64,000 nt of DNA from Deltaproteobacteria bacterium (lineage in GTDB: Bacteria; Desulfobacterota; Binatia; UTPRO1). Below the pieces are notes generated by a model. That model made no database searches, was not told the origin of the DNA, and saw only the letters and a list, made by a program, of their open reading frames with translations. Below, in pieces: positions 1-9,030 of this stretch. Numbering within the stretch: the stretch's first letter is position 1; each line of letters starts with the position of its first letter. A program made the translations under genes and the position numbers. Where the stretch lies: contig JAJCZP010000260.1 in assembly GCA_029262315.1 (NCBI GenBank), forward strand, positions 1,980-65,979, written 5' to 3'.

Positions 1-967
1 CGGTGGCTACTGCGCCGGCGGAAGCTTCCGCACCGTCAACGGCGTCAATTTCCGCAAGATCAACGAGGGCGACATCGTCTTCAACAACGGCTGGACCAAC
101 TGCGCGTTCTGGAACAGCAGCAACGTGGCCGAGGTCGCCACGCACGAGGTTGGGCACACCATCGGCCTGGGGCATTCGACCGACGGCTCTGCCACGATGT
201 ACTCGTTCGCGCACTTCGACGGCCGCGGCGCGTCGCTCCGCCCGGACGACGAAGCCGGCGTCGCGTTCATCTACCCAGGATCCGGCGGTGGTGGCGGCGA
301 TCCCACGCCGACACCGACACCAACCGTGACACCACCCCCGACACCGGCGCCGCCAGACGCGGACGGTGACGGCATTCAGGATGCCGCCGACAACTGCCCG
401 ACGACACACAACACGGCGCAGACCGACATCGACAGCGACGGCGTCGGAGACGCCTGTGACAACTGCGCGGCTATCGCCAACGCGGATCAGGATCCGGCCG
501 ATGCCTGCGGGTTGCTGGCGCTGAAACGCATGCGGATCAGCTTCGGCCGTCGAGGCAATGGCGACCGTCTGCAGGTCAAGGGAAGCTTCACCCCGACAGC
601 GGCTGGCGCCACGCTCGGGGAGATTGCCGGGCAACCGGTGAGGATGAGCCTGTTCAACTCGTTCGGTGAGCGGATCCTCGACGTGACCGTCCCGTCGGAC
701 AACTGGAAGGCCAACCGTCGCGGCACGCGCCTTCTATTCAAAGACCGGACCGGGCAGTTGCTTGGTGGCGTGACCCGCGTCACCCTGAGCTCGAAGAAAG
801 GCTCGACCTTCACCTTCTCGGCGGCGGCGAAGAACCTCGATCTGAGCGGCAGCGTCGGCCCCGCGCTCACCATGACCCTCGAAATCGCCGAGGACGCGTA
901 CGTCAGCGCCAACGGCTGCGAAACGAATCGCCGCGCCACCCGCATGCGCTGCAGCCAGCGAGGCTAA
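1..967 (+). CDS. Secreted zinc metalloprotease (metzincin/matrixin-like) with thrombospondin type-3 Ca-binding repeats; 5' end lies upstream of the window
   Basis: The frame is open from position 2 with no start. It has the HEVGHTIGLGH zinc motif (HExxHxxGxxH) and a Met-turn (SATMYSF). TSP3-like repeats follow (DADGDGIQDAADNCP, DIDSDGVGDACDNC) and a Pro/Thr linker. Confidence 0.8.
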   Translation, partial: GGYCAGGSFRTVNGVNFRKINEGDIVFNNGWTNCAFWNSSNVAEVATHEVGHTIGLGHSTDGSATMYSFAHFDGRGASLRPDDEAGVAFIYPGSGGGGGDPTPTPTPTVTPPPTPAPPDADGDGIQDAADNCPTTHNTAQTDIDSDGVGDACDNCAAIANADQDPADACGLLALKRMRISFGRRGNGDRLQVKGSFTPTAAGATLGEIAGQPVRMSLFNSFGERILDVTVPSDNWKANRRGTRLLFKDRTGQLLGGVTRVTLSSKKGSTFTFSAAAKNLDLSGSVGPALTMTLEIAEDAYVSANGCETNRRATRMRCSQRG

Positions 968-984
968 GCGATCAGCCGGCCGTC

Positions 985-1016
985 GTGAGCGCCGGGGCCC
1001 TACGGCCCGCGCTCAC
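985..1016 (+). terminator. GC-rich hairpin (~14-bp stem, 4-nt loop: gtgagcgccggggccc-tacg-ggcccgcgctcac) just after the protease stop
   Basis: The inverted repeat was read directly. There is no T-tract, as expected in a high-GC genome. Confidence 0.45.
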
Positions 1017-1148
1017 AGATGGTTCCGGCGGCCTCCAGAGCGGAGCGCATGCCGCCGAAGTCCGCCCGACTACGGGTGGACCCAGACAAGCCCAGGTCGA
1101 TCCAGCCGTCCCCTGGCCCAGCCCCCCGTCTGTGGTAAGACCCGAGCC

Positions 1149-1586
1149 ATGGAGGCGAGTCTGAAGATCCGCCGTGCGCGGCGTCGAGACTTCGAGCAGG
1201 TGCGAACCCTGCTCGGCGCGAGCGCGCCGGCCGTACGCGCCGAGAAGAAGCGCTTTCGCCGCCTCGTCTCCACGCTACGCGAGGATCTCTACCTTGCCGA
1301 ACGAGAGCGGGACGCCACCGTCGTTGGACTGGCCGTCGTTGCCTACGCGCGTGGCCTCGGCCCGCCCACCGCCGTCATCCGACGGCTGCTGGCCCCATCC
1401 TCCACGGCGACGCAGCTGCTGCTGGACTCCGCCTGCGCCCGGGCCGCCGCTCGCGGATGCGCGCGCATCGAGGTACAGCTCGAGGATGGGAGTCTCGTGG
1501 AACAACTCCGCGAGACGGGCTGGGCGGACGGACCGCGCACCTTGGCTCGCGGCGTACCGGGGCCAGCATTGGAGGAAGCCTCGTGA
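1149..1586 (+). CDS. GNAT-family N-acetyltransferase (putative)
   Basis: 145-aa ORF with a GNAT-like fold signature (IRRARRRDFEQVRTLL ... VGLAVV ... ARGLG ... IEVQL). An overlapping alternative-frame ORF (1174..1671) was judged spurious. Confidence 0.5.
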   Translation: MEASLKIRRARRRDFEQVRTLLGASAPAVRAEKKRFRRLVSTLREDLYLAERERDATVVGLAVVAYARGLGPPTAVIRRLLAPSSTATQLLLDSACARAAARGCARIEVQLEDGSLVEQLRETGWADGPRTLARGVPGPALEEAS

Positions 1587-1951
1587 TCCTGAAGACACTC
1601 GTCGGATTTCTGCTCGGATTCATTCTCGGCGTGAGCGGCACTGTGTTCATGGTGACCTCGGGCGCCGGTAACTACATCGTGGCGGCCAATCCGCGGGTGC
1701 AAGAACTCGAGGAGAAGATCCGGGAAGTCGTCGGCGAACGCGAGTTCGCAACGCGGCGGCTCGAAGACGTCGCGCGCCTGACCGAGCGCATGGCGACGCG
1801 CTTTGAAGATCTCGAGCAGCGCTTCAGCGAGATCCAACGCAACCGCACGGCCTCGCTCACGGCGGACACCGACCAGGCCGCCTCCGATCCACCCCCACCA
1901 TCAGACGCTGACGCGCCCGAAGCGGACCCGCCAGCGGCGCCAGGGACGTAG
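1584..1951 (+). CDS. Hypothetical small membrane protein with a coiled-coil C-terminus
   Basis: A GTG start overlaps the previous stop (GTGA). It has a TM segment (VILKTLVGFLLGFILGVSGTVFMV), then a heptad-like region (ELEEKIREVVGEREFATRRLEDVARLTERM) and a Pro/Asp/Ala tail. Confidence 0.4.
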
Positions 1952-1967
1952 CGCCAGACGACTCCAC

Positions 1968-3281
1968 ATGGGCGCCCCCGAAGACCACGCTCCAACCTCG
2001 AACGACGCCGACCCCGACGAGACGTTCACCCTCGAGATCGCATCACTCTCGAACGGACGCGACGGCCTCGGCCGACACGACGGTAAGGTCATCTTCGTCC
2101 CCGGTGTCGCACCTGGTGATCGCGTGCGGAGTCGGATCACGGAGAGCCACGGCTCCTATGCACGAGCCACCATGGTCGAGCTCCTCGAAGCCGGAGCCGC
2201 GCATCGGACGCCCCCGTGCCCATGGGTCGCTGCGTGCGGCGGTTGCGCATGGCAGCAAGTGGCCTACGCAGCGCAGCTCGAGGCCAAGACGCAAAACGTC
2301 CGCGACGCCCTGGCCCGGATCGGCGGCGTCCACGCCGAACGCGAACTCGCGATCGTCCCTGCCCCGGACGAATGGAGCTATCGCCGCCGGATCCGGCTGC
2401 ACGTCGACGCCGGGCGCGTCGGGTATCGCGCGGCGCGCTCCCGACGTCTGGTGGAGATCGAGACCTGCGGCGTCGCCACCCCCGTCATTGCGGCGCTCAT
2501 CGCGCCCCTGCGAACCCTCGTCCCACAGCTGAGAACCCGGCTGACCTCCGCGGAGCTGATCGCGAACGGGGCCGATGGCGCCGTCCTGCTCCTCACCGCA
2601 CGCGACGCCTTCCGACCCCGCGATGGCAGCACGCTGCGCGCCTTCCTCGCCGAGCATGCGACGGTCGCCGGAGTCAGGCTCCGCGGACACGGCTGGCAGC
2701 GCAGCGTCGGAGATGTCCGCGTCGCCGTGTATCCCGAGCCCACCGAACCACCCATCCTCCAGACCGCCGGCGCGTTCTCGCAGGTGAACGCCGATGCCAA
2801 TCACCAGCTGGTCGCGGCCGTGGTGGCCATGGCCCGTCCGGCCACGACAGCGGTCGACCTGTTCTGCGGCACTGGCAACCTGAGCCTCCCGCTCGCGCGC
2901 GCCGGCCTTGCCGTGCAAGGCTTCGATCGCGATCGCACGGCCATTGCCGCGGCGCGCGGAAGCGCCAAGCACGCGCACCTCGGCGCGCGGACCCGCTTCG
3001 CCGTTCACGATGCCATCGACGCCCTCGGAAAGCTGGAAGGCAGCCCGGATCTCGTCGTACTCGACCCTCCGCGCGGCGGGGCCCCCGACGTCGCCCGCAA
3101 GCTCGGTCGCATGCGTCCACCGCGCGTCCTGTACGTCTCGTGCGACCCGGCCACACTTGCCCGAGACGCCAAAACGTTGGCCGCTGCCGGGTACCGTATC
3201 GATCGGGTGCAACCGATCGATCTCTTCCCGCAAACCGAGCACGTCGAAACCATACTGGAAGCCGCCTTGACTGGCCCCTAA
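1968..3281 (+). CDS. rlmD: 23S rRNA (uracil-C5)-methyltransferase, RlmD/RumA family (TRAM + 4Fe-4S + SAM-MTase)
   Basis: TRAM-like N-terminus (GRDGLGRHDGKVIFVPGVAPGDRV). Cys cluster CPWVAACGGC ... C. MTase motifs DLFCGTGNLSLPLA and VLDPPRGG. Confidence 0.85.
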   Translation: MGAPEDHAPTSNDADPDETFTLEIASLSNGRDGLGRHDGKVIFVPGVAPGDRVRSRITESHGSYARATMVELLEAGAAHRTPPCPWVAACGGCAWQQVAYAAQLEAKTQNVRDALARIGGVHAERELAIVPAPDEWSYRRRIRLHVDAGRVGYRAARSRRLVEIETCGVATPVIAALIAPLRTLVPQLRTRLTSAELIANGADGAVLLLTARDAFRPRDGSTLRAFLAEHATVAGVRLRGHGWQRSVGDVRVAVYPEPTEPPILQTAGAFSQVNADANHQLVAAVVAMARPATTAVDLFCGTGNLSLPLARAGLAVQGFDRDRTAIAAARGSAKHAHLGARTRFAVHDAIDALGKLEGSPDLVVLDPPRGGAPDVARKLGRMRPPRVLYVSCDPATLARDAKTLAAAGYRIDRVQPIDLFPQTEHVETILEAALTGP

Positions 3282-3307
3282 GGCCCTTCTAAGGTCCTCC
3301 CACTGCG

Positions 3308-3553
3308 ATGCCCAAAGGTGACAAAACCGCCCGCGCGAAGGTCACGATCATTTCGGGCAAGGGCGTCTCGCAGACGATCAACTATCTGCTCGAAGACCGC
3401 GACGAGCTCGAATGGTTGGTTGCGGTCGGGCGGAACAAGAGTGGTGAGATTTTCTTCTATGACACCGGTGGGGACATCGTCGAAGATCTCGGTACGCTCG
3501 AGTATCTGAAACAGCGCATCATCCGCGCGCACTTCGGCGAAGAGCCCGAGTAA
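3308..3553 (+). CDS. Hypothetical protein (81 aa)
   Basis: Clean ORF with good codon bias. No recognisable motifs. Confidence 0.45.
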   Translation: MPKGDKTARAKVTIISGKGVSQTINYLLEDRDELEWLVAVGRNKSGEIFFYDTGGDIVEDLGTLEYLKQRIIRAHFGEEPE

Positions 3554-3601
3554 AGACGCACGCACGTCGCGGCCGCTCGCACTCCTGGAGTCTGGCCCGC
3601 G

Positions 3602-3943
3602 CTAGCGAAGCTCCTCGGGAATACGCGCGAGCACCTGCCCGTGCGCGACGCGAATCGGCACCCGGATCAGGCTGCGTCCGAACGCGGGCCCGGCAATGCA
3701 TTCGCCGGTATTGGGCTCGTACATCGCACCATGTGTCGCACACACGATGTGCGTGCCGCTTTCGTCCAGGAAGCGATTCTCGACCCAGTCCATGGTCAAC
3801 GGAACATGCCGGCACCGGTTGACCCACGCGTGCAACTCGCCCTCGAAGTTGACGACGAACGCCTCCACCGGCGCGTCCGGGAGTGGCAGCATGAACTTCT
3901 TGGTGGTTCCGGGCGTGACCTCGTTCGCCTGCGCGACGATCAC
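3602..3943 (-). CDS. Rieske [2Fe-2S] domain ferredoxin-like protein
   Basis: CxH ... CxxH boxes: NRCRHVPL and CATHGAMYEPNTGEC. A GTG start is preferred; the ORF could extend to 4075. Confidence 0.6.
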   Translation of the reverse strand: MIVAQANEVTPGTTKKFMLPLPDAPVEAFVVNFEGELHAWVNRCRHVPLTMDWVENRFLDESGTHIVCATHGAMYEPNTGECIAGPAFGRSLIRVPIRVAHGQVLARIPEELR

Positions 3944-4013
3944 CTCGTCGGGGTCATGCCCTGATTGCTCCGTCACCAGAATCTGCCTAGCATGCGTCCG
4001 CACGCTCGACCAT

Positions 4014-5237
4014 ATGGACACGACGCTCCCCAGGCTGCGTCCGATCGAGGCGCACCCGGTCGAGACGGATGGCAAGCGACTGATCTACGTGCGCGACCCG
4101 CTGGACTACGCCGCGGGCCCGCTGCTCGTCCCACAAGAGGCCTTCTTCGTGCTCGCGCAGCTCGACGGCGCGCACTCCCTGGCGGATATCCAGAGCGCGT
4201 TCAGCGGGCGCTACGGGCAGACGATTGCCGCCGAGCAGATCGAGACGCTGATCGCGACGCTCGACGGGCACCACTATCTCGAGTCTGACGCTTTCGCGGC
4301 CCGCCGTGCGGAGGTCGACGGCGCCTTCCGGCATGCCGACGAGCGCGCCGCCGCTCACGCCGGATCGAGCTACCCGTGCGAAGCGGCCGAGCTGACCGAG
4401 CGTCTCTCCGACTTCTTCGTCGACTTGCCACCCCTTCGCGCCGATGGCTCGCTCACCGGACTGATCGCCCCCCACATCGATCTTCGCGTCGGCGGACGCA
4501 GCTACGGGCACGCGTATCGCACCCTCCGAGAGACCTCGCACGCCGAACGCTACCTCATTTTCGGCACGTCACATCTCGCGGGAACGAGCCTGTTCGCGGC
4601 GACGCGGAAAGATTTCACGACGCCCCTCGGCACGGCAACGACCGATCGCCCCTTCCTCGACCGACTGGCGCCACGTGCGCCTGGGAACCTGTACGACGAC
4701 GAGATCCTGCATCGGATCGAACACGCGATCGAGTTTCAGGTCGTGATGCTCCAACACGTCCTCGGAACGCGACCGTTCACCATCGTCCCTATCCTGGTCA
4801 CGTCCTTCCACGAGTTCGTCCACGGGCAGCGGTCACCGGCGGACGACGCGCGCGTCACAGGCATGGTCGACGCCGTGCGGACCACCCTGGCCGAGGACGA
4901 CATCCCGACCGCGATCATCGCCGGCGTCGACTTCGCGCACGTCGGCGAGAAGTTTGGCGATCGCGGGGGACTCGATGCCGCGCTGCTCGCCACCACAGAA
5001 GCCAAGGATCGACGCCTGCTCGACGCGCTCACCGCGGCTGACGCCGAGCGGTTCTTCGCGGAGGTTGCCGCCGATTTCGATGCGACTCGGGTCTGCGGCC
5101 TTTCGCCTATGTATACCTTCCTGCGCCTGATCGAGGGTCGGGGCCGCCTCTTGCACTACGATCGGAGCGACGAGCCATCGACCCGATCGGCGGTAAGCTA
5201 CGCCAGCCTCGCGTTCGGGCTCGAGGGTGGATCGTGA
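4014..5237 (+). CDS. Memo-like (AmmeMemoRadiSam system protein B / MEMO1 family) with an extra ~100-aa N-terminal domain
   Basis: Memo signatures: GLIAPHIDLRVGG, YLIFGTSH, GVDFAHVG, VCGLSPM. The ATG at 4014 is preferred over the upstream in-frame junk. Confidence 0.75.
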   Translation: MDTTLPRLRPIEAHPVETDGKRLIYVRDPLDYAAGPLLVPQEAFFVLAQLDGAHSLADIQSAFSGRYGQTIAAEQIETLIATLDGHHYLESDAFAARRAEVDGAFRHADERAAAHAGSSYPCEAAELTERLSDFFVDLPPLRADGSLTGLIAPHIDLRVGGRSYGHAYRTLRETSHAERYLIFGTSHLAGTSLFAATRKDFTTPLGTATTDRPFLDRLAPRAPGNLYDDEILHRIEHAIEFQVVMLQHVLGTRPFTIVPILVTSFHEFVHGQRSPADDARVTGMVDAVRTTLAEDDIPTAIIAGVDFAHVGEKFGDRGGLDAALLATTEAKDRRLLDALTAADAERFFAEVAADFDATRVCGLSPMYTFLRLIEGRGRLLHYDRSDEPSTRSAVSYASLAFGLEGGS

Positions 5238-5758
5238 GCGGCATCTTCGTCATCCGTCAGGCGCATCCCTCCGATCTGCCCGCCTTGCCCGATGTCGAAC
5301 GTCGCGCCAACGCGTTGTTCGCCGGTCATGACATCGAGGCCGGCGTGCTGGCCGACGTCACGTCGCTCGCCGACTTCGAGCGGGGGGCGGCCGAGGGCCT
5401 CCTCTGGGTAGCCATCGCCCGCGGCAACGAGGCGATCGGCTTCGCGCTCGCCGAGATCATCGACGGCAATGTCCACCTCGACGAACTCGACGTCGTGCCC
5501 GAGTACGGACGGCGCGGGATCGGCGCCGCACTGGTCCAGGAGGTCTGCGCGAGCGCGGAACGGCGTCGAGTCGACGCCATCACCCTGACGACCTTTCGCG
5601 ACATCCCATGGAACGCGCCCTTCTATGGCAAGCTCGGCTTCGAGCCACTGCCGGAGTCCGCGTGGACACCCGTCCTGGCCCGCACGGTCGCCAAAGAAGC
5701 CGCCGCCGGCCTCGACCCCGCCCGGCGCGTCGTCATGCGCCGTCGGAATTTGGTTTGA
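5234..5758 (+). CDS. GNAT-family N-acetyltransferase
   Basis: The GTG start overlaps the previous stop. Acetyl-CoA-binding motif region: VVPEYGRRGIGAALV. Confidence 0.75.
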   Translation: MSGIFVIRQAHPSDLPALPDVERRANALFAGHDIEAGVLADVTSLADFERGAAEGLLWVAIARGNEAIGFALAEIIDGNVHLDELDVVPEYGRRGIGAALVQEVCASAERRRVDAITLTTFRDIPWNAPFYGKLGFEPLPESAWTPVLARTVAKEAAAGLDPARRVVMRRRNLV

Positions 5759-5990
5759 GATCCGGGACGGCAAGATCGTCCAGCCGAAGGAGTGGCTCGA
5801 TACCCTGCACGCCAACGAGATCCCGTGCGGCCCCGCGGCAGCCATCGACTTCGCAGAGCGCCGCAAGTAGTCGCGCAGGAACGCAACCGAACCACCCCGA
5901 CCTTGCAGATCCGCATGATTCGTTGCCACGTAGACACCTGATTTCATTGACATTCTAGTGGCATCGTGGTTGCTCCCTTAGGAAACCATC

Positions 5991-6278
5991 ATGCTACCCC
6001 TCCTCGTCATACTGAACGTCCTGATGCAGCTTTTTGATGGGGTAGCGACCTACGTCGGCTGGGAGCAACACGGCGAGCTTAACCCGCTTCTCCGCTTGGG
6101 CTTCGAACACCTGGGTGTCCTGACCACGCTCACCACCGCCAAGCTCACCGCCATCATCCTCGTCCTCTCCCTCGCCAGGCTCCCACGCCCGACGTTGGCC
6201 ATCTACGGCCTGACGCTGACTTTCAGCGTCTACACGGCACTGTCGTTCGTTCCTTGGAGCGTTCGGCTCCTGAACTAG
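5991..6278 (+). CDS. Small membrane protein, DUF5658-like (N-x-x-D-G-x-x-T ... E-x-NP ... KL pattern)
   Basis: LNVLMQLFDGVATYVGWEQHGELNPLL ... LTTAKL. An AT-richer upstream region has a TTGACA box and GGAAACC before the ATG. Confidence 0.5.
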   Translation: MLPLLVILNVLMQLFDGVATYVGWEQHGELNPLLRLGFEHLGVLTTLTTAKLTAIILVLSLARLPRPTLAIYGLTLTFSVYTALSFVPWSVRLLN

Positions 6279-6310
6279 TCTCCCGAGCGGGCTTTCGGTT
6301 GGGGTATTGC

Positions 6311-6401
6311 GCCCGTGGGGCGGAGGCATTGCGTAGCGCCTGCGCCCTGGGCTGAGCGCCCGGTCTGCTCCGGCGCTACGCAACGCCTCCGCCCCACGGG
6401 C
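6311..6401. repeat. 30-bp inverted repeat (1 mismatch) with a 31-nt spacer between convergent genes; a second 7-10-bp hairpin lies at ~6415-6447
   Basis: Arm 1 (6311-6340) is gcccgtggggcggaggcattgcgtagcgcc. Arm 2 (6372-6401) is ggcgctacgcaacgcctccgccccacgggc. Confidence 0.8.
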
Positions 6402-6489
6402 GCGATCGCACGGCGACGCTCGCTCCAGAGGCAAGAGCGTCGCGCCAGGAACGGCGCGCGGTCGGGCGGTGTACTCCGCGTGCGGGGGA

Positions 6490-7815
6490 CTAGGGCTGGC
6501 AGTCTGCGGCTATGTTGGCTGGTTCGGCGTCGTCCATGGGGTAGAAGACTAGGCCGGTCAGGAGCTTTGGGTGAAAGAAGGTGGATTTGGCGGGCATGGT
6601 GAGGCCAGCTTCACTGACGTCTCGGATGGCGGTCAGGTCGGTCGGGGGGAGGAGGAAGACACCCTGGACCTCGCCACGCTCGGCGGCAGCGAGCGCAGCA
6701 CATGCGTCTTGCACGTAGCGGATCTCATCGGAACCACCGCGATCGTCGAGTGTGAGCCCAAGCGCTCGCTCGAAGATCACGCGGTGCAGGGCCGTGACGT
6801 CGAGGGCGCGGAGCTCGCTTGGGGTCTCGGCGGCGAATGGGAGCTCGGCGGCTGGTGCGGTGAGGCGCCAGAACGCGGGGCTGCCAGCCATGCCGACGAC
6901 CAGGCGGATGGTGCCAGGCGTGGCGGCCTCGGTCTCGACCCACCTGCTGGCCGCAGCGATGTTGGCTTCGGACCACGGGACGTCCTCGACGCGGAACCAC
7001 TGCGCCAGGGTCCGACGTAGGTCGGCGGCGGATACGGCGATGCGCGGCAACACACGGTGGGTCGGAAAAACGACCAGGCCCGGATCCTCGAGGGTGGTCA
7101 GATACGCCATGATGTAGTCGTAGCTCGCCGCCCCGGGCGCGGGAGCGGCGCCTCCCAACGCGGCGCGCGCTTGCGCTTGATAGTTGAGAGCGGTCTCGTA
7201 CCGATGGTGCCCATCGGCGATGAACACGTGGCGCTTGGCAACGCGTGCACGCACGGCACCAATCACCGCGGGATCGGTGATGCACCATACCCGGTGACGG
7301 ATGCCCCCCTCGTCGACGACGTCGAGGTCGGCGTCGCGCGCGGGAGTGATGCTGGCGAACGTCCAATCCGGATCCGAGACCAGACCCATGATCGGCGACA
7401 AGGTCGCGCGACAGGCCTCGGTCAACCGGAGGCGATCGGCCTTCGCATGCTGGCGGGTCTTCTCGTGGCGGAGGATCTCGCTCCGATCGAGCCGGAGGGC
7501 CACGATCGCGCCAATGCGCTCGCGGGCGTTCCCGTCGGGCATCGGAAACCGTTGCGCGTATAGATAGACCGCGGGGGCCGCGTCACGAACGAGCGCACCG
7601 GACTGCCGCCATCGACCGAGCGTCGATGCCGCGTCCGCGTACGGGTCGGTCGCGGCGCTCAGATCGATCCGGACCGCGTTGAAGTCGCTGCGCGCGTACA
7701 GCTGCCCGCGCGCGGCATCATCGATCACGTCGTACGGAGGCGCCACGACCGCGGTTAGGTCTCCGACGATTGTCGGATCGTATCGAAGTCCACAGAAAGG
7801 AGTGAGCGTTGCCAC
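6490..7815 (-). CDS. DUF1015 family protein
   Basis: N-terminus MATLTPFCGLRYDP ... VVAPPYDVI ... FIADGHHRYETAL is typical of DUF1015. It is co-directional and 20 nt downstream of tsaC. Confidence 0.8.
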   Translation of the reverse strand: MATLTPFCGLRYDPTIVGDLTAVVAPPYDVIDDAARGQLYARSDFNAVRIDLSAATDPYADAASTLGRWRQSGALVRDAAPAVYLYAQRFPMPDGNARERIGAIVALRLDRSEILRHEKTRQHAKADRLRLTEACRATLSPIMGLVSDPDWTFASITPARDADLDVVDEGGIRHRVWCITDPAVIGAVRARVAKRHVFIADGHHRYETALNYQAQARAALGGAAPAPGAASYDYIMAYLTTLEDPGLVVFPTHRVLPRIAVSAADLRRTLAQWFRVEDVPWSEANIAAASRWVETEAATPGTIRLVVGMAGSPAFWRLTAPAAELPFAAETPSELRALDVTALHRVIFERALGLTLDDRGGSDEIRYVQDACAALAAAERGEVQGVFLLPPTDLTAIRDVSEAGLTMPAKSTFFHPKLLTGLVFYPMDDAEPANIAADCQP

Positions 7816-7835
7816 GCGATCCGTCCTCAGCTTGC

Positions 7836-8465
7836 TCAGTCGTGCTCGGGGAGAGTGATTGGCATGGAGCCGAGCGCATCCCGAATCGCTTCGATCGGAA
7901 CGGCCCCCGACCTCACCACGTGTACTGCGTCGGCGCCGATGCTTACCACGGTCGAGGGAGCCCCGCCAGCGAGTATGCCTCCGTCGACATACGCCGACAC
8001 GCCCGTCCCGAAATAGGCCTGTGCGTCCTCGAGCCGGTCGGGTGGGGACGCGCCGGCCGGATTGGCGCTCGTCGCCGTCAACGGCTCGCCGACCGCCGCC
8101 GCAAGCGCCCGTGCGATGGGATGTGCCGACACGCGAACCCCGATCGCGCCCTCGGCCGTCAGCTCGGGAGGCAGCGACGGCCGGGCCGGCAGCACGAGCG
8201 TGAGCGGTCCCGGCCAGAAGAGAGACATCAGCCGACGCGCCGCCAGCGGCGGCGCGAGCAGCAGCCCCTCGGCCATCGCGATGTCGCTCGCTATCACCGC
8301 GATCGGGCTCGACGCATCACGCCCCTTGACGCCTGCGACGCTCGCCACCGCTGCCGCGCTCAGTGCTCGGGCACCAAGCGCGTAGAGCGTCTCGGTGGGA
8401 TACACCACCATGCGCCCCGAGCGGAGGGCCTCGATTGCGGCGCCGAGATCAGCGGTGTCGGTCAC
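7836..8465 (-). CDS. tsaC: L-threonylcarbamoyladenylate synthase TsaC/YrdC
   Basis: [13 protein letters not shown] ... ATSANPAG YrdC/Sua5 motifs. Confidence 0.8.
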   Translation of the reverse strand: MTDTADLGAAIEALRSGRMVVYPTETLYALGARALSAAAVASVAGVKGRDASSPIAVIASDIAMAEGLLLAPPLAARRLMSLFWPGPLTLVLPARPSLPPELTAEGAIGVRVSAHPIARALAAAVGEPLTATSANPAGASPPDRLEDAQAYFGTGVSAYVDGGILAGGAPSTVVSIGADAVHVVRSGAVPIEAIRDALGSMPITLPEHD

Positions 8466-8471
8466 CCTCGC

Positions 8472-9020
8472 CTATTTGCGAGCGCCGAGTGTAACCTGCA
8501 GGCGCCGATTTTTGTCGGCAACACCACGGGCGAGCCCCCGCTTGAAGTCGTCGACTCGTCCCGCCAACGCCTCGTCCCCGAGTGCAAGAATCTGGGCGGC
8601 CAGGACCGCGGCGTTCTCCGCACCAGCTTTGCCGATGGCCAGCGAAGCAACGGGGATGCCGGAAGGCATCTGCACCGTCGCGAGCAAGGCATCGAGCCCG
8701 CCAAGGCTGCCGGCGTCGAGCGGCACCGCCAGAACGGGGAGCGTCGTCTGCGCCGCGACCGCGCCGGCGAGATGCGCCGCCAGCCCCGCGCCGCAAATGA
8801 TGACTCGGTAACCGGCATCGCGGGCCCCCTCCGCGAACGCGGCCGTCTCCCCCGGCGATCGATGCGCCGACAACACGCGGGCGCTGTACGGAATCGCGAA
8901 GGCGTCCAACCGCTCAGCCGCGCGCGACATGACCGCCCAGTCACTGTCACTCCCCATCATGATCGCGACCAGCGGCTTGCTCTTCTTGCCCGTCCGCGCG
9001 CGCTTCGAACTCTTCTTCAC
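8472..9020 (-). CDS. purE: N5-carboxyaminoimidazole ribonucleotide mutase PurE
   Basis: Motifs [35 protein letters not shown] start with AGGAGA 6 nt upstream is preferred over the ATG at 9038. Confidence 0.85.
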   Translation of the reverse strand: MKKSSKRARTGKKSKPLVAIMMGSDSDWAVMSRAAERLDAFAIPYSARVLSAHRSPGETAAFAEGARDAGYRVIICGAGLAAHLAGAVAAQTTLPVLAVPLDAGSLGGLDALLATVQMPSGIPVASLAIGKAGAENAAVLAAQILALGDEALAGRVDDFKRGLARGVADKNRRLQVTLGARK

Positions 9021-9030
9021 ACCAGTTCTC

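Noticed and set aside
2043-3242. 399-aa minus-strand ORF antisense to rlmD
   Set aside because: GC-rich antisense shadow. It is Arg/Gly/Ala-rich with no motifs and overlaps a well-supported gene completely.
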